From positions 10,914,001 through 10,978,000 of the forward strand of contig CM075989.1 of the NCBI GenBank assembly GCA_038087875.1: 64,000 nt of DNA, in the 5' to 3' direction. The stretch is from Malacoraja senta (taxonomy: Eukaryota). Positions 1 through 13,200 of the stretch are shown here, in pieces. Position numbers and translations under genes: made by a program. The notes beneath the pieces are model-generated. The model saw only the letters and a program-made list of their open reading frames with translations, did no database searches and was not told the DNA's origin. The stretch's first letter is position 1. Each line of letters opens with the position of its first letter.

Positions 1-1041
1 CATTAGCCGAAATCACCATGAAATTGGTTATGCTGACGGCATTAGTTTCAGCTCAGAGAGTACAAACATTACAGAAATTAAATTGACAGAATGAAAGTAG
101 GGGCAGATGCCGTTACATTCTATGTCTATGATTTACTGAAGCAAAGTAGACCTGGGTTCACGGGATGTAAGTTGGAGTTTTCAGCATGGCTATGTGTAGT
201 AACATATGTAAGATGTTACATGGAAACAAACAGAATCTTAAGAGGCACAGAATTAGCATCTTTTATTAGTCATAAAAGTCCTCATAAGAAAGTGTCAACA
301 CAGACAATTTCAAGATGGTTTGAAACAGGTGTTGATTTATTCAGGTATTGATACTGATAAATTAAAATCTCATTCCACCAGGGCGGCATCAACATCGGCC
401 AGGGATTCAGACGTTCCAATAGACCTTATCCTCGCGGCCGCAGGATGGGCAAGTGAACAGATGTTTCACAAGTATTACCATAAGGAGATTAAAGATCCCG
501 GGGTGGTTGGTGATGCCGTGCTGGGTTCAGTATTAAATCCCCCATTATGATAAATGGGTTAATTTGTTAAAATAAATAGAACCATTAACTGATTACATTT
601 AATGTTGTGGTTATGCATTGTTGATTGTGCTTACTCAATAGAGTCAATCAGTGCAGTGAGCACCTGGATTTTAATCCACGGTGTGAAATCACAGAGCTTT
701 GAAATCTTCACGTAGTCACTCACGTGACTCCGAAGTAAAATAGTAAGATTAAACGAGAACTTACCAGTTTGAAGTTTGATCTTTATTTTATGAGGAGTAA
801 CGTTGAGGGATTACGTGCCCTCCGCTCCCACCCTCATAAAAGGATCGAGCTGGTAGTTCTAAGTCTTTATGCATCTTACTATCATACTTCAGTAATTATC
901 GTCTGTGATTTTCACTCCGCTGCTTTGAAGATTGACGCGTGTACGGCTGGACGGGGTCTTCTTCACGTAATCCCTCAACGTTACTCCTCATAAAATAAAG
1001 ATCAAACTTCAAACTGGTAAGTTCTCGTTTAATCTTACTAT
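1..1041 (+). mobile_element. 3' end of a DIRS1-like tyrosine-recombinase retrotransposon (frameshifted YR ORF, internal complementary region, right terminal repeat)
   Basis: ORFs 91..351 and 320..550 encode a YR C-terminus: ...FISHKSPHKKVSTQTISRW / ...HSTRAASTS...ILAAAGWASEQMFHKYY (H-x-x-R, GW, catalytic Y). It is followed by a perfect 78-bp inverted repeat, 740-817 vs 964-1041, as expected for ICR/terminal complementarity. Confidence 0.9.
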
Positions 1042-1879
1042 CAAATTGCTAGCGAGCCAGCTACATAACAATTTCATAAATGCACTTCAAAGTGGCTGTA
1101 AACAACTTTGGCATATCCAGAGATGATAATGAATACTTTAGAAATGCTACTCCCCATTTTAGGATCCCCACATCTTGCACTTTCGCTATCGATTGTATTT
1201 TGAATTGAAGAATTGTGATTACGTGAAGCATGTTTGTCATTCTGAACCTAATGAATGAAACAATTTACAAATGACCATAAAGTATTGAAGCACACAGGAG
1301 AGGGAGAGGAACTCAGCCACTTTTGTAATGAATTAAAAATGAAATATTTTACACGATTTAAAGCAATAACAATTATTGGAATAACAAACAATAATAAATC
1401 AATTTAAAATCTTATAGGGGTGAAAGGCAGCAAACAGCTGGAAACCATCCTGGAAGTGAAGGATGAATGAAAAACATTCATTTTCCAGTAAATGGAAAAG
1501 TGGCCAATTTGAGATGTTTATGACAATATAAAAGTCAAGGAAGAGGCTTACAAAGTTTCCACAAATGCTGTTGACTCAATGAATGGAAGACTTCAGAACC
1601 AAGACATTTAAAAAAAAAGACAAGATAAAAATTGAGAAACAAATTAATGAGAATCATAAAAATAAGCTTCAATAGCAAGGCCAACAGGAAAAGAGAAGCA
1701 AGGAGAAAATGTTGATCTCTTACAGGTAGAAAAGGGAGAATATAATAAGCAATTAAGAAATAGCAGAGATATTAAGCAAACACTTTGTCTGTGTTCTTGG
1801 AAGACAAAATAATCCTGCCAGAAATACCAGAAAACCAAAGGTCTAGTACAATGGGGTACTGAAGGAAATAAGTAATAGA

Positions 1880-3110
1880 ATTTAAAAAAAGGTTATTAAG
1901 AGAAGCAAGAGGAGATTATAAGGGTCTTGATGGAGTCCCTTTCAACTTCTCTAGCCAGAAAACTGTTGAGTAGCAAATGTTGTTCCTTTGTTTAAGAAAG
2001 GAAGCACAGATAATCCCTGGAATTCTATGCCTTGAAAAGTTGACGAAGTTGATCAATGAGGGCAAGGCGATGGTTGTTTCCTACACAAATTTTAGTAAGG
2101 TATTTGATAAAAGTCCCACATGATAGGCGGATCCAAAAGATTAAGATTCACGGGATTCGCAGTGACTTGTCATATGAATTCAGAACTTGCTTACTCACAG
2201 AAGGGTTGTGGTGGAAGAACATTATTCTGGGCTGAAGGTCTGTTACACAAAATCCCTGGAGTCCCCTATGCTGGGACTGCTGTTGTTTGAGATGTATACA
2301 AGTGATTTGGATGTGAATGTAGATGGGTTAGTTAGTAAATTTGCAAATGACACCAAGACGCCAAACATACAGAGGGATACAGATCAACCACAGTAACGAA
2401 TGGAGAAATGACAGAATTAAATTCAAGTAAGTGTGAGGTGCGGCACTTCAGGAGGTTGAATGTAAGGGGAAGGCATACGGTTGATGGGAAGGCCCTTAAT
2501 AACATTAATGTACAGAGGGATCTTGTAGTCCAGGACCTTAGCTCCCTGACAGTGGCAACACAAATAGACAGAGTGGTAAAGAAGGCGCATGGTATGCACA
2601 CCTTAATTGGTCGGAACATTGAGTACAAGAGTGAGGAAGTTATGATGTAGCTCTATAAGACTTTGGTTAGGCTGCATTTGGAGTATTTCACGCTGTTCTG
2701 GTCACTCCGTTACAGGAAGGAAGGTTGTGAAAACTGGAGAGGGCACAGGTTGTGGATCAGGTTGATCCACAAAACTTGTCTGGATTACAAGGAGGGGTTG
2801 GACAAACTTGGATTGTTTTCTCTAGAATGCCAGAGGTTAAGGAGACCTGATAGAAGTATTTAAACTTATGAGAGCCATTGATAAGAGTTAGAACCTTTTC
2901 CTTGGGTGGAAATGTCAAGGAAATGTTTGGGGCATTTTTTGTTGTTTACATAGAGTGTGGTGGGTGCCTGGAACGCACTGCCAGGGGTGGTGGTGGAGGC
3001 AGATACAATAGTGGCATTTAAGAGGCTTTAAGGTAGGCAAATGGAATAGAGGCGTATGGATCATGTAGGCATATGAGATTAGTTTACCTTGGTATTAGGT
3101 TCGGCATAGA
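1880..3110 (+). mobile_element. Degraded CR1-clade LINE (RT region and 3' end)
   Basis: Remnants of FSKxFDKVPH, SKFANDTK, CEVRHF, QRDLVVQ, LVRLHLEY...FWS, GLFSLE and WNALP motifs in broken frames. Boundaries are approximate. Confidence 0.85.
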
Positions 3111-3819
3111 TTTTGTACCAATATTATATATTGTAAGTACAACAGAGGCTGGAGAGACTAAAAGACGGGCCGGGCAGTAGGTTAATTGGTTACTCTAAAT
3201 TACCCCAAAGTGCAGATGGGTGGTTGGAGAATCACAGAAGTTAATGGGCATGAGAGTGCTGGCTCGAAGGGCCAAATGGCACCTATTTCTCTATGAGAGT
3301 GACAATAGATCACTGGGAAATAAGTAGAGGAATGGGCTGAATGGCATCCTTTCATGCCGTGAAGAAATATGAGACTGCTTAATTAGTTGAGAAGGTGCAG
3401 AATACACTGAAGTATGGACGTTACACAAATACATTTTAAAAATGCCTGCACTACGTCACGATTTATGGTGGCAGCCAATAATACGCAATCGCTTGCAATT
3501 AGCGCCAATGAACAATCCCAATAATCTTTCACATTAACGACAGGGTAATTAACCCAGATTTTGAACTAATTGCTCGTAAATCTGAGGTCTGACGTTGAAA
3601 TCCCACACACACACATCACCAAAGATACTAGAGCGATCTTTGCACACCACAGCTGTCCATACAGTTTAAGTCTGCGGGGTAATCCACTCTGCAATCAGGA
3701 GATGGCACTGTAGAGTTACATGTTAAACTCCGGACACTGATTTAACAGAGTTAGTTTGAGTATTTCATTCAATTCCTTGCCATCAAACATCTATTACAAG
3801 TTGAGCAGAAAAAAACTAA

Positions 3820-4420
3820 TTGGTGGAGGAACTCAGCGGGTCAAGCAGCATCAATGGAGAGAAACTGCCAGACAACATTCCAGGTTGGGACCCTTCTTCC
3901 ATTCTCATTTGCCACAATTAAGATGTAGAAATTCAAGAACAGGTTACCCAAACTGCAATGGTTCACACCCTCCTTATATTCACAGGAACTTTCCCCAGCA
4001 ACAGGAGTAGACGCAACACCTGTGCTTATACCTCCTCCCTCAACTCGAACCAGGGTCCCCAATAGTCCTTTCATGAGGAAAATGTTCACCTACACCTCCT
4101 CCAACTTAATCTACTGTATCCGCTGTTCTCGGTGTGGGCTCCTAGTTCGGTGTGAGACCAAGCGCCTACTAGTTCTACTGTTCGCAACCTTGTATCCCTT
4201 CTTTATCACCTCTTCACCAGCCAACAATGGACCATTATGGGCTCCACCCTTCCACGATCATCTGTTGCCAGTCCTGCTTTGTTCTGGCCTTTTCGTACTC
4301 CAGTTCCTTCCCCTCTACTTTTAGTCCGAAGAAGAGTCCCGACCCAAAACACCACCCTCCCTTTTTCTCCAGAGATGCTGCCTGACCCGCTGAGTTACTC
4401 CAGCACTTTGCGTCTATCTT
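3820..4420 (+). mobile_element. Truncated Penelope-like element: GIY-YIG fragment plus terminal repeat, with an inverted partial terminal repeat at its 5' side
   Basis: ORF 4022..4324 contains FTYTSSNLIYCIRCSRCGLL..ETKR. The terminal repeat ...ccagagatgctgcctgacccgctgagttactccagca lies at ~4369-4405, and its reverse complement at ~3825-3900. Confidence 0.8.
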
Positions 4421-6283
4421 CCTCATATTCACAGGTGTGGCCCTTTCAACTGATGCGGAAAAATGCTTAGTGGATTGGCTCAAGACATTAGCTACCTCAT
4501 CGCAATTAACTGTTTTTTGTGGACAATTACAATATACTTCACTGGATAAAACCACACAAAAGTGTCCCCACATTTGCAATCTATTAACAATGAATAAACA
4601 GATTATTTATCAAATGCATGTACTTAGTGTCATCCTATGATGGCGTTGTACCCCAATTTGCATTTATAATGAACATTTAACGTGGCAAAGCACCACATGC
4701 TGTGAGTGTGGTTGTAACTCAGCTTCATGAAAAAATACTGAACGGTTGACAAAGAAACATTAGCAGCTGGTCATTTAGACATCATGCTTCTGCTGCCACT
4801 TTGAAGGAATTAACAACATTCCACTATTCTTTCGCCATAGCGTTGCAATCTTTTTCAAGTACACATCCAATTCCTTATGAACAAGTATCTCTGGATCTAT
4901 GACCCTGGGCTTTCAGGCAGCAGATTACACTTGCGCCCTTTGAAGTATGTGAGTAATAGTTTTAAGCTTAACATGATTCGCAGGCAATTCATCTTCACTG
5001 CAGCAATCTTGTGCCTCGTCCATGTCCAACATGCTTCAGAATTACAACAAGGCCACGTTATTCATGCACACACACACTCATTCAAACACACTTTGTGGCA
5101 TTTTATTCTTGCTCAGATATATTAGGTGGGTGGAAATTGTGATTCAGTATATCTAAGGCACAGTCATTGCAAGAATCTCTTCAAATTGGCCAGTATAAAA
5201 ACTAACGTTTCAGACCTGTATTTATCAAGCCATTTCACACACTGCGCTCCACTCAAATGGCAAAATCAAGACCGCAACAAAGATTTGGAATACAAATTAG
5301 ATCAAAGTCACAAGTGTATGTGCAAATCAGTAGCCCACCCCCTCCCAAACATAGTTTCCCAGCCTAGCGTGTAAATGGTTGATTGTGTCAGATGTTTGGT
5401 TCAGCATGGATCTGGGTGATGCAGGCCAGGCAAGTCCAATGGTGTAACGGTCTATTCTTGAAACGAGCCGAGAGAAGCACGTTATTCAATCCAAGAGGGC
5501 TGTGACGATGTTTACTCTAGCCTACTCCCACTTTCTTTCACTCCCATCCACACAAACTTCTTATGCCTTTCAGCTTTTTGCTGTCGAGCAGTCTCCTTAA
5601 ATATTTCATGGTCAACTTTGAAGAAGCCTCCATGCAGTTACCAATGTCAGACTGTGCGCCACAAATACCAGAGCTTATCACCAGCCCTTTTCTCCTAGGC
5701 ACTCAGCTCCCCGTATTAACAATGCAACCCAGCCCCAATCCACTGGCTACACTGGAGTTTCCTTCTCACTGAATCACCAGCTCTTCAGTTATCCCACTTT
5801 CCCATCCATTTCCTACATACTGGGAGCAATTTACAAAGGCCAATTAACCGATAAACCCCTGGGATGCGAGAGGAAACCGGAACACCTGGAGTAAACCCAC
5901 TCAGTCACAAGAAGAACGTGCAAATTCTACACAGAGAGCACCTGAGGTCAGCAGCAAACTCAGGCACTGAGACACACTAGCTCTACCATGTAGCTAGCAA
6001 ACTGTGCATGGAAAGATCCCAATTCAGCTACGTGATAGAGCAGACTGAAAAACGTTGAGAAGCAAGCAGTAAAAGTTGGCTCCAGGACAAATGGAATCTT
6101 AAATTCCTAACTGTGTGTCTCAACTGAAGCCTCTCCAACAGCATAGCATTCACCAATACTGCACCAAAGATGCCTAATCTCTGAATCCTCTGATTCAGAC
6201 AGAGTGCAACCCAGAGATGAGGACAATGGGAAACAAAATAAATTAAATGGTCAGATATCTTTGTTATGTATCAATAATCTTAC

Positions 6284-6465
6284 CTTTAACTGCCTTCTCC
6301 ACTGCAGTTCTGATCAAAGCCAACAGGTCTGGGTTTTTGGAGAGCTGTGCATAATGCAAGCACTGGTGACCATGCTGATCCACCAAGGTAACATCAGCTC
6401 TGTGTTTTAAGAGAACATCTACTGCATCCTTGCAACCAGACTTGCATCCCAGCATCAATGCAGTC
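6284..6465 (-). CDS. uaca: UACA-family gene, coding exon 8 (182 nt): (R)TALMLGCKSGCKDAVDVLLKHRADVTLVDQHGHQCLHYAQLSKNPDLLALIRTAVEKAVK(G)
   Basis: Acceptor tttattttag, donor gtaaga. Ankyrin repeat closely similar to the UACA segment RTALMLGCEYGCRDAVEVLIKNGAD. Phase matches the upstream exon. Confidence 0.92.
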
Positions 6466-6645
6466 CTAAAATAAATGTCCCATGTTAGACGTTGGAAGCA
6501 AAGTACAGGGTCTCACAAAGTACAGGGGCTCCAAATTAGTGATGGACAAAGTGGATGTGGCACATCCACAGAAATGCAAGAGTGGACCAATCAGCCCTTC
6601 ATACCTGCTCTGCCAACAAGATGACCAGTAGTCATAGTCACCTTT

Positions 6646-7035
6646 AAACATAGAAAATAGGTGCAGGAGTAGGCCATTCGGCCCTTTGAGCCTGCACCGC
6701 CATTCAATATGATCATGGCTGATCATCCAACTCAGTATCCTGTACCTGCCTTCTCTCCATACCCCCTGATCCCTTTAGCCACAAGGGCCACATCTAACTC
6801 CCTCTTAAATATAGCCAATGAAATGGCCTCAACTACCTTCTGTGGCAGAGAATTCCAGAGATTCACCACTCTCTGTGTGAAAAATGTTTTTCTCATCTCA
6901 GTCCTATAAGATTTCCCCTTTATCCTTAAACTGTGACCCCTTGTTCTGGACTTCCCCAACATCGGGAACAATCTTCCTGCATCTAGCCTGTCCAACCCCT
7001 TAAGAATTTTGTAAGTTTCTATAAGATTCCCCCTG
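6646..7035 (-). mobile_element. CR1 LINE 3' end, fairly young
   Basis: ORF 6732..6995 gives the CR1 ORF2 C-terminus (RTRGHSLRIKG...FFTQRVVNLWNSLPQ), followed by a 3' UTR with gggccgaatggcctactcctgcacctat. Confidence 0.9.
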
Positions 7036-7388
7036 AAGTATCATATTCCCCCATACATCTTGACACTTTGTTACCGGGTACACTATTTGGTTTCCTCCCA
7101 CATCCCAAAAGTATGCTGGTAATTAAGCTGACAATAATAAATCACCTCATTGACATAGTTGTAATAAATGGCAAAAAGAATGATAGGGCAGTTGATGGAC
7201 ATTAGAGAGAGAGAGAGATGTATTACATGTGAATAAGGTGAGGCAATTGCTCCCAAGAGCCAGATACAAAGAGCCAGTATGGCCTTCTGAGTTGTTAGAA
7301 GTATAAGGTTAAATGTAAAAACTTGCCTGAGAACCATAACCAGTACCATCTATCTCAGATACAGTCGTCAAACAAAGTAATCCAAAAA

Positions 7389-7812
7389 AGAGAGGGAGAG
7401 AGGGAGAGAGGGAGAGAGGGAGAGAGGGAGAGAGGGAGAGAGGGAGAGAGGGAGAGAGGGAGAGAGGGAGAGAGGGAGAGAGGGAGAGAGGGAGAGAGGG
7501 AGAGAGGGAGAGAGGGAGAGAGGGAGAGAGGGAGAGAGGGAGAGAGGGAGAGAGGGAGAGAGGGAGAGAGGGAGAGAGGGAGAGAGGGAGAGAGGGAGAG
7601 AGGGAGAGAGGGAGAGAGGGAGAGAGGGAGAGAGGGAGAGAGGGAGAGAGGGAGAGAGGGAGAGAGGGAGAGAGGGAGAGAGGGAGAGAGGGAGAGAGGG
7701 AGAGAGGGAGAGAGGGAGAGAGGGAGAGAGGGAGAGAGGGAGAGAGGGAGAGAGGGAGAGAGGGAGAGAGGGAGAGAGGGAGAGAGGGAGAGAGGGAGAG
7801 AGGGAGAGAGGG
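7389..7812. repeat. Perfect 8-bp tandem repeat (GGGAGAGA)n, about 53 copies
   Basis: Directly visible. It explains the spurious REGERE and LSLSPS ORFs. Confidence 0.98.
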
Positions 7813-8112
7813 GGAATGGGTAGTAGGTTGCTTCGAAATAAGTCTCCCAGTCTGAAGGCCTCTGATCCAAAAAATCACCTGTTCCTTTTCTTCAGAGATC
7901 CTACCTGACCCGCTGAATTACTCCAGCATTTTGTGTCTTTCTTCTGCTTGGAAATAAAGCTTGCCTTGCTAACATAAATTCACACCGTCTACCAATGAGT
8001 TACTGGAATTACTGGATTGTTCATAACACCAAGATGAATTGCCGTTTCCTCAATTAACATTCTTAAACTGGACAGACTTTGTTCAAACTTCAATTTTTGG
8101 GGGCCAAATTAC

Positions 8113-8219
8113 CTGTTTTCTTTATCTCTGGAATTGATGTCTGCTCCCCGATCCAGTAAAAGTCGACAGGCCACTGGATGGCAAGACTGGGCGGCCAACA
8201 GAAGGGGGGTTCCTCCATC
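8113..8219 (-). CDS. uaca: UACA-family gene, coding exon 7 (107 nt): [35 protein letters not shown](R)
   Basis: Acceptor gtgctgtgttcag, donor gtaatt. Ankyrin consensus TPL..A...LL..GADIN..D. Phases 0 in, 2 out. Confidence 0.93.
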
Positions 8220-8329
8220 CTGAACACAGCACAACAAGCAAAGGCAGTGAGACTTTCTCCACTCTGTCCACATAATTAACATTCTCCTTGTCAAAGGTAT
8301 TTGATATAGCAGCCTGTTTGACAGGCATC

Positions 8330-8940
8330 CATTCCCATTCCACAACCATTCATTCACTCCATCACCGATGTACAGTAGCAACAATCTGTACCATTACAGG
8401 ATGCCATCGCATTGAGACGGGGTGGTGGAGGCAAATACAGTAGCAGCATTTAAGAGTCTTTTAGATAGGCACATGGAAGTGCAGTGAATAGAGGGATATA
8501 TATCATGTACAGGCAAATGATATCAGTTTAATTTGGGGGGGGGGGGGGGGGGGGGGGGGGGGCATCTTGCTTGGCACAAACATTGTGGGCCAAAGGGCCC
8601 ACTCCTCTGCTGCATTGTTCAATGTCCTGAGACAACACCTTCCAAATCCATGATATCGACCAGCTAGAAGTACAAGAGCGCTAAAAGCATAGGAACACGA
8701 CCACCTGTAAGGTGCCGTCTAAGTTATAGTACACACACTATTATGACTTGGAAACGCAGCTTTGTTCCTTAATCGGCGTGGGTCAAAACCGTGGAACACT
8801 CTCCCTAACAGCATTGTGGGTGTACCCAAATCAAGAACTAGTGATTTAAGAAGACAGCTCACCACCACCTTCAAGAGCTTGTGCAATTAAATGCTTGCTC
8901 AGCCTGCAACGCCCACATCCCTTGAATTAATTAAAAAAAT
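8330..8940 (+). mobile_element. Old CR1/L2-type LINE 3' end, interrupted by a different CR1 3' fragment (~8410-8625) that contains a 28-nt poly-G
   Basis: The two halves resemble a common LINE 3' end that recurs at ~51700-51850 and ~24730-24930. The inner fragment has the gtggtggaggca...gggccaaagggcc CR1 tail. The G run is at 8535-8562. Confidence 0.55.
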
Positions 8941-9475
8941 TGATGCCTTTTCTGTATTCTTTAAAAGGCCTGTACATTGATGCTATTCCATAAGGTGTAA
9001 AACTGGATAGAGGTTCCACTACTGCCTAGAGGCTCAATATTATTTCCAAGTCATCTGAACTTATTGAACACTGCCAAATCGAGAAGGCTGCACAATGGGT
9101 TTTAAATTTGGATAGGTGGCTTAATTTAAAAAAAAAGATTTCTGACTTAAGGGCTGGAACCTGAGGGGCAATTTTATTCATGCAGATGGTTGTGGGTATA
9201 TGGAACGTGTTGCCAGAGGAGGTAGTTGAGGCAAGTACTTTAACAACATTTAAAAAACATTTGGACAGTTGCATGGATAAGAAAGGTTTAGAGGGATATG
9301 GGCCAGACACGGGCTGGTGGGACTAGCGTAGATGGGGCAATCTGTCCGTATGGGCAAGTTTAGCCGAAGGTATATGACTATTTCATTCCCTAAAGGATAT
9401 TCATGATTCAGATGGGTTTTTACAATAATCTCAGTAGCTTCATACATACACACAAATACGAGTTCGATGTTTGCG

Positions 9476-9786
9476 ACATGGCGGAGCAGCGGTAGAGTTG
9501 CTGCCTTACAGCGCTTGCAGCGCCGGAGAAACGGGTTTGATCCTGACTACGGATGCTCTCTGAACAGAGTTTGTACATTTTCCCCGTGACCTGCCTGGGT
9601 TTTCTCCGAGATCTTCAGTTTCCTCCCACACTCCAAAGACGTGCAGGTTTGTAGGTTAATTGGCTTGGTATAAATGTAAATTGGCCCTAGTGTGTGTAGG
9701 ATGGTGTTAATGTGCAGGGATCGCTGGTCGGCGCAGACCCGATGGGCCGAAGGGCCTGTTTCCGCGCTGTATCCCTAAACTAAACT
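9476..9786 (+). mobile_element. tRNA-derived HE1/V-SINE-like SINE, near full length
   Basis: A-box-like tggcggagcagcgg and B-box-like gggtttgatcc; central tttcctcccacactccaaagacgtgcagg V-like domain; CR1-like tail gggccgaagggcctgtttcc and a (taaac)n end. Confidence 0.85.
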
Positions 9787-10226
9787 CTCCTCTAGCCTGC
9801 TACACTATTTAATAAAATGATGGCTAATCGAATTATAACCTCAAATCTGTGCTCCCATTTCCTTCCTCCCTACCTCTGAAGCAACTTTCTACCTCTGCCT
9901 TAAAAACATTCAAAGATGCTGCATCTATGGCCCTCAAGGAAAGGAGATTGTTCCCACGATGAAACATCCTCTCCATATCCAGCTGGTCAATGATTACCAA
10001 CACTGAGATAAGCTTACCTTTTTGAAATAAAGGTTTGTAATTTAATTCCGTGAATTTAAATTCCTTGGCTATTGGAGTGAGATTTGAAGTGGTATCGCTG
10101 GATGACTGAACCAAAACTTTTGACTAGGAGCCCAGCAACACAGCCATGCAATCTAGTCATGGTACATTTCCCTGCCATATATCTTGCGTTCAGGAATATC
10201 GCATCTCAGACATTCATTGCACTTAC

Positions 10227-10297
10227 CTTATCCTTGACATTCACAATGGCTCGATGGTCCAAAAGTAGTTTCACACATGATGCACAACCAGCAACCG
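10227..10297 (-). CDS. uaca: UACA-family gene, coding exon 6 (71 nt): (A)VAGCASCVKLLLDHRAIVNVKDK
   Basis: Acceptor ccctatgtttcag, donor gtaagt. Phases 1 in, 0 out. Aligns to the UACA segment MADCPSSIQLLCDHGASVNAKDV. Confidence 0.9.
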
Positions 10298-13200
10298 CTG
10301 AAACATAGGGAATAAGTACAATTGAAATCACAGCGCTGAACAACAGACTGGTTAATTTGTTAGAAGTCTGACAGCATAAACATGACTCGTTTCATCTGAT
10401 GGACTGAATCAGACCACAAACTGCCCCAATATACCACCAAGAATGTATATGCATTGTTTCAGTATTTAACTGGCTTCTTCGGTAATGAGACGGGTGGAGA
10501 GAGAGAAAGAAATGCAATGATATACTCCTCTCAAGAAGTCAAATCTCACGAAACATCTATAAGCCAATTAAGTGCTATGGAAGAGCAATCAACATTTTGT
10601 ACAGCTAATTACTTGTTGAATAATGATTAGCATGATCACCGGGGAGATGATCTCAAACACGCGTTCTCTTCCTCAGAATAATGACCTAGGATTTTTTTTT
10701 TAATGCCTACCTAAGAGGGCAGACCAGACAATAACTTCACGCCTTATTCAAAATGTGGGGCGAGACAAAGTGGCACTCGGTCAGGGAATATGCTGGAATT
10801 CTGCCATGACATTTGTACTCTAGAACGGTTTCTGCACTCATGACCTACTGATGAGCAACAATGCCATGCCCAAAGCACAGATGTATGGGAGAACTAGATA
10901 AGTACAATGGAATGAAGATGGCAGGCAAGATGAAGAGTGCATGGCTGATTTGCAAGGGAGATCTATTTCTGTGCCATACATTTACTGCACTGCTTTGTGC
11001 AGAGGTTTGGTACTGACACCTCTACAAATACCAATTTAAGATTAGACATCCACTCTAATTTTCACTTCAATCCTTTCACAAAGGAATCAAGAAACATGAT
11101 AGTAAGGTGGAAATGAAAGTCAAGGTAGATTTGCCATGATCTCATGAAACAGCAGAGCAGGCTCAAGAGGGCCAAATCGCCCCCTCCTGCTCTCCCCATT
11201 TTTTACATTCATGACTCAGTTCATCCTTTTCTAATCAAATATTCCCTTAGCTAACCACCAATGATTTAGCAGGTTATGTCTTTATCTTGCAGCAGTCACT
11301 TCCTAACGTTTTGTGGAGAAAGATGATGAGCAGATTGCCAAGATGCAATGTGGGATAAGAAATATCTTATACGTTTCGTAGCATCCAATGCATTTTTCAG
11401 TTGCATGCAACTTTCAAGTCTAATGATAAATAATCTTTAGTAAAAGCAAAAAGGTATAACATTTTATCAACTGAGAAATCTTAGATAATGGACAATATCA
11501 AAAAGCAAGAGGAGCGAGAAGTCAAAAAGCAGAGTTGGTTGTCTGCACTATGGATGAGGAGAATGCTTGAAATAAGAAAAACTTTTAAATTGACCAGCTG
11601 TCGTTATTTCAACTTTAAGGAAGAGGGGAAGCACTCCTTGCATAATGCTCTCTAGATCACAAACAACTCGCACACAAGTCAACTAACATCCAGGTCACAA
11701 AGATAACAATAATAAGCAGGAAACACAAAATACTCCAGATGCTGGAATTTGGAGCAATACACAAACCATAGGAGCTGCAAGACCTGCCCCTGCACCTCCA
11801 CCCTCACCATTGTCCCAAGACAAGACCAAGCAAGCTCCTCATTCAAGCAAGCAAATAAGAATACATTTTGGCCTTGTTTACAATGTCCATGACCCACTAG
11901 TTTAAATCTATAAATCGTAACCTTCTAAAATAAACACATTCCAGTGCAGAGCTTTAAAACTTGTATCCTGAGGGTCAAGTCCTTCACTTCAGTGTGACAG
12001 AAAACAAACTCATTCTAATTGCAAACATCAGTGGAAAATACCATGACAGCACAAACAAGCTGTCCTGCAACTTTCCCTCATTAATCAATAATACGAGTTC
12101 TCTAGCTCATTAACAAAGATAATTTGGAATTACCTACCTACATGATAGGAAAACCACCGTAACAATTTCAGTTGGTCACAGATTTATATCCTTCTAGGCT
12201 TTTTCATAACAACTTAACAGCCTGGGATTTATTTAAATTACCCGATGGATGCCTTTAAGAAGATGATGTGATTTACAAGGGATTACAAATTTCAGTTGCT
12301 AAAAAAAAATCCAAGAAGATATTGAGAAACATTCGATCTCCAGTGCAGAGAGAACATGTAACTCACTCCCATAAGGACTGATGAGGCAAATTGGATTAAT
12401 GGGTTAAATGATAGGATAGATTGAGGAAAAGATCCAAATGAGATTAGTTCAGATAGACACCTTGGTCAGCATGGCTTGTTTCCATACTGCAGGACTATGA
12501 ATCTCTGACTCTTAAAGCTAAATAAATACACAGGGAAAGATATAGTGCTGAGGAAGGTGGTAAAGGAGCAGAAAAGTGCAGCATAGCCAGTTGATGCTAG
12601 TCCAATGCGATCCAATAAAGCATGTCATCTTGAAGTCACGTCAGTGGAACACTCGGGTTCAGGTTGGGGTGTGCGGCCGGCTCCCTGCTTATCAATTATT
12701 TGCTTAGTATCAACATATGCACTCGCTTTTCTTAATCAACAGCAATGCACACCTTACCAAACAAGATTTTCTTCTGCTTTTCTGTGGATGCCACAGAACC
12801 TAAACTTAGTTTAGGTTGGGATGAAAATAATAAACCCTCAGGCTCAGGCTGTACACCCCAGCAAACTTCTGGGTCGGAGCTTTGTGTGGGGCATGGACAG
12901 GCTGGGTCACACGGTATTCTGCAGGGTTTGCAACGTGATGCACTAACCCTTCCCTCAAACTTCCCAATTAATAACTCAATTCAATCACGACTTTGCTCTT
13001 GGACGAGAGAAAAGTTATGCGAGGAGATTTGAGCAGGAGAGCATGTTAACAGTTCCAAATGAGTGGTGGTTGAATGACAGACAGATGGCTTTGCCTGAAA
13101 TGCTACAGTAACTTTCCAGGACAAGATAAGCAGCTGCAAGCTTATCTTATCCCAGACTGAAATAACTCATACATGACAGTGTGGAAGTGTGATAGACTTG

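Noticed and set aside
91..550. Phage-integrase-like tyrosine recombinase suggesting a prophage or bacterial contamination
   Set aside because: Motifs and the downstream inverted-repeat structure fit a eukaryotic DIRS element embedded in vertebrate intronic DNA.
1042..6283. Next short exon of the ankyrin gene
   Set aside because: I could not identify a phase-1 exon with convincing splice sites and homology. It may lie left of the window or be too diverged to see by eye.
7309..7878. Long ORFs of 166-189 aa (REGERE / LSLSPS repeats)
   Set aside because: Translations of the stop-free 8-bp microsatellite, not a protein. The repeat has no spacers, so it is not CRISPR-like either.
9476..9560. tRNA-like A/B boxes (also ~44420-44484, ~15235-15290, ~48480-48530)
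   Set aside because: These are SINE heads continuing into the SINE body and tail; no full cloverleaf.
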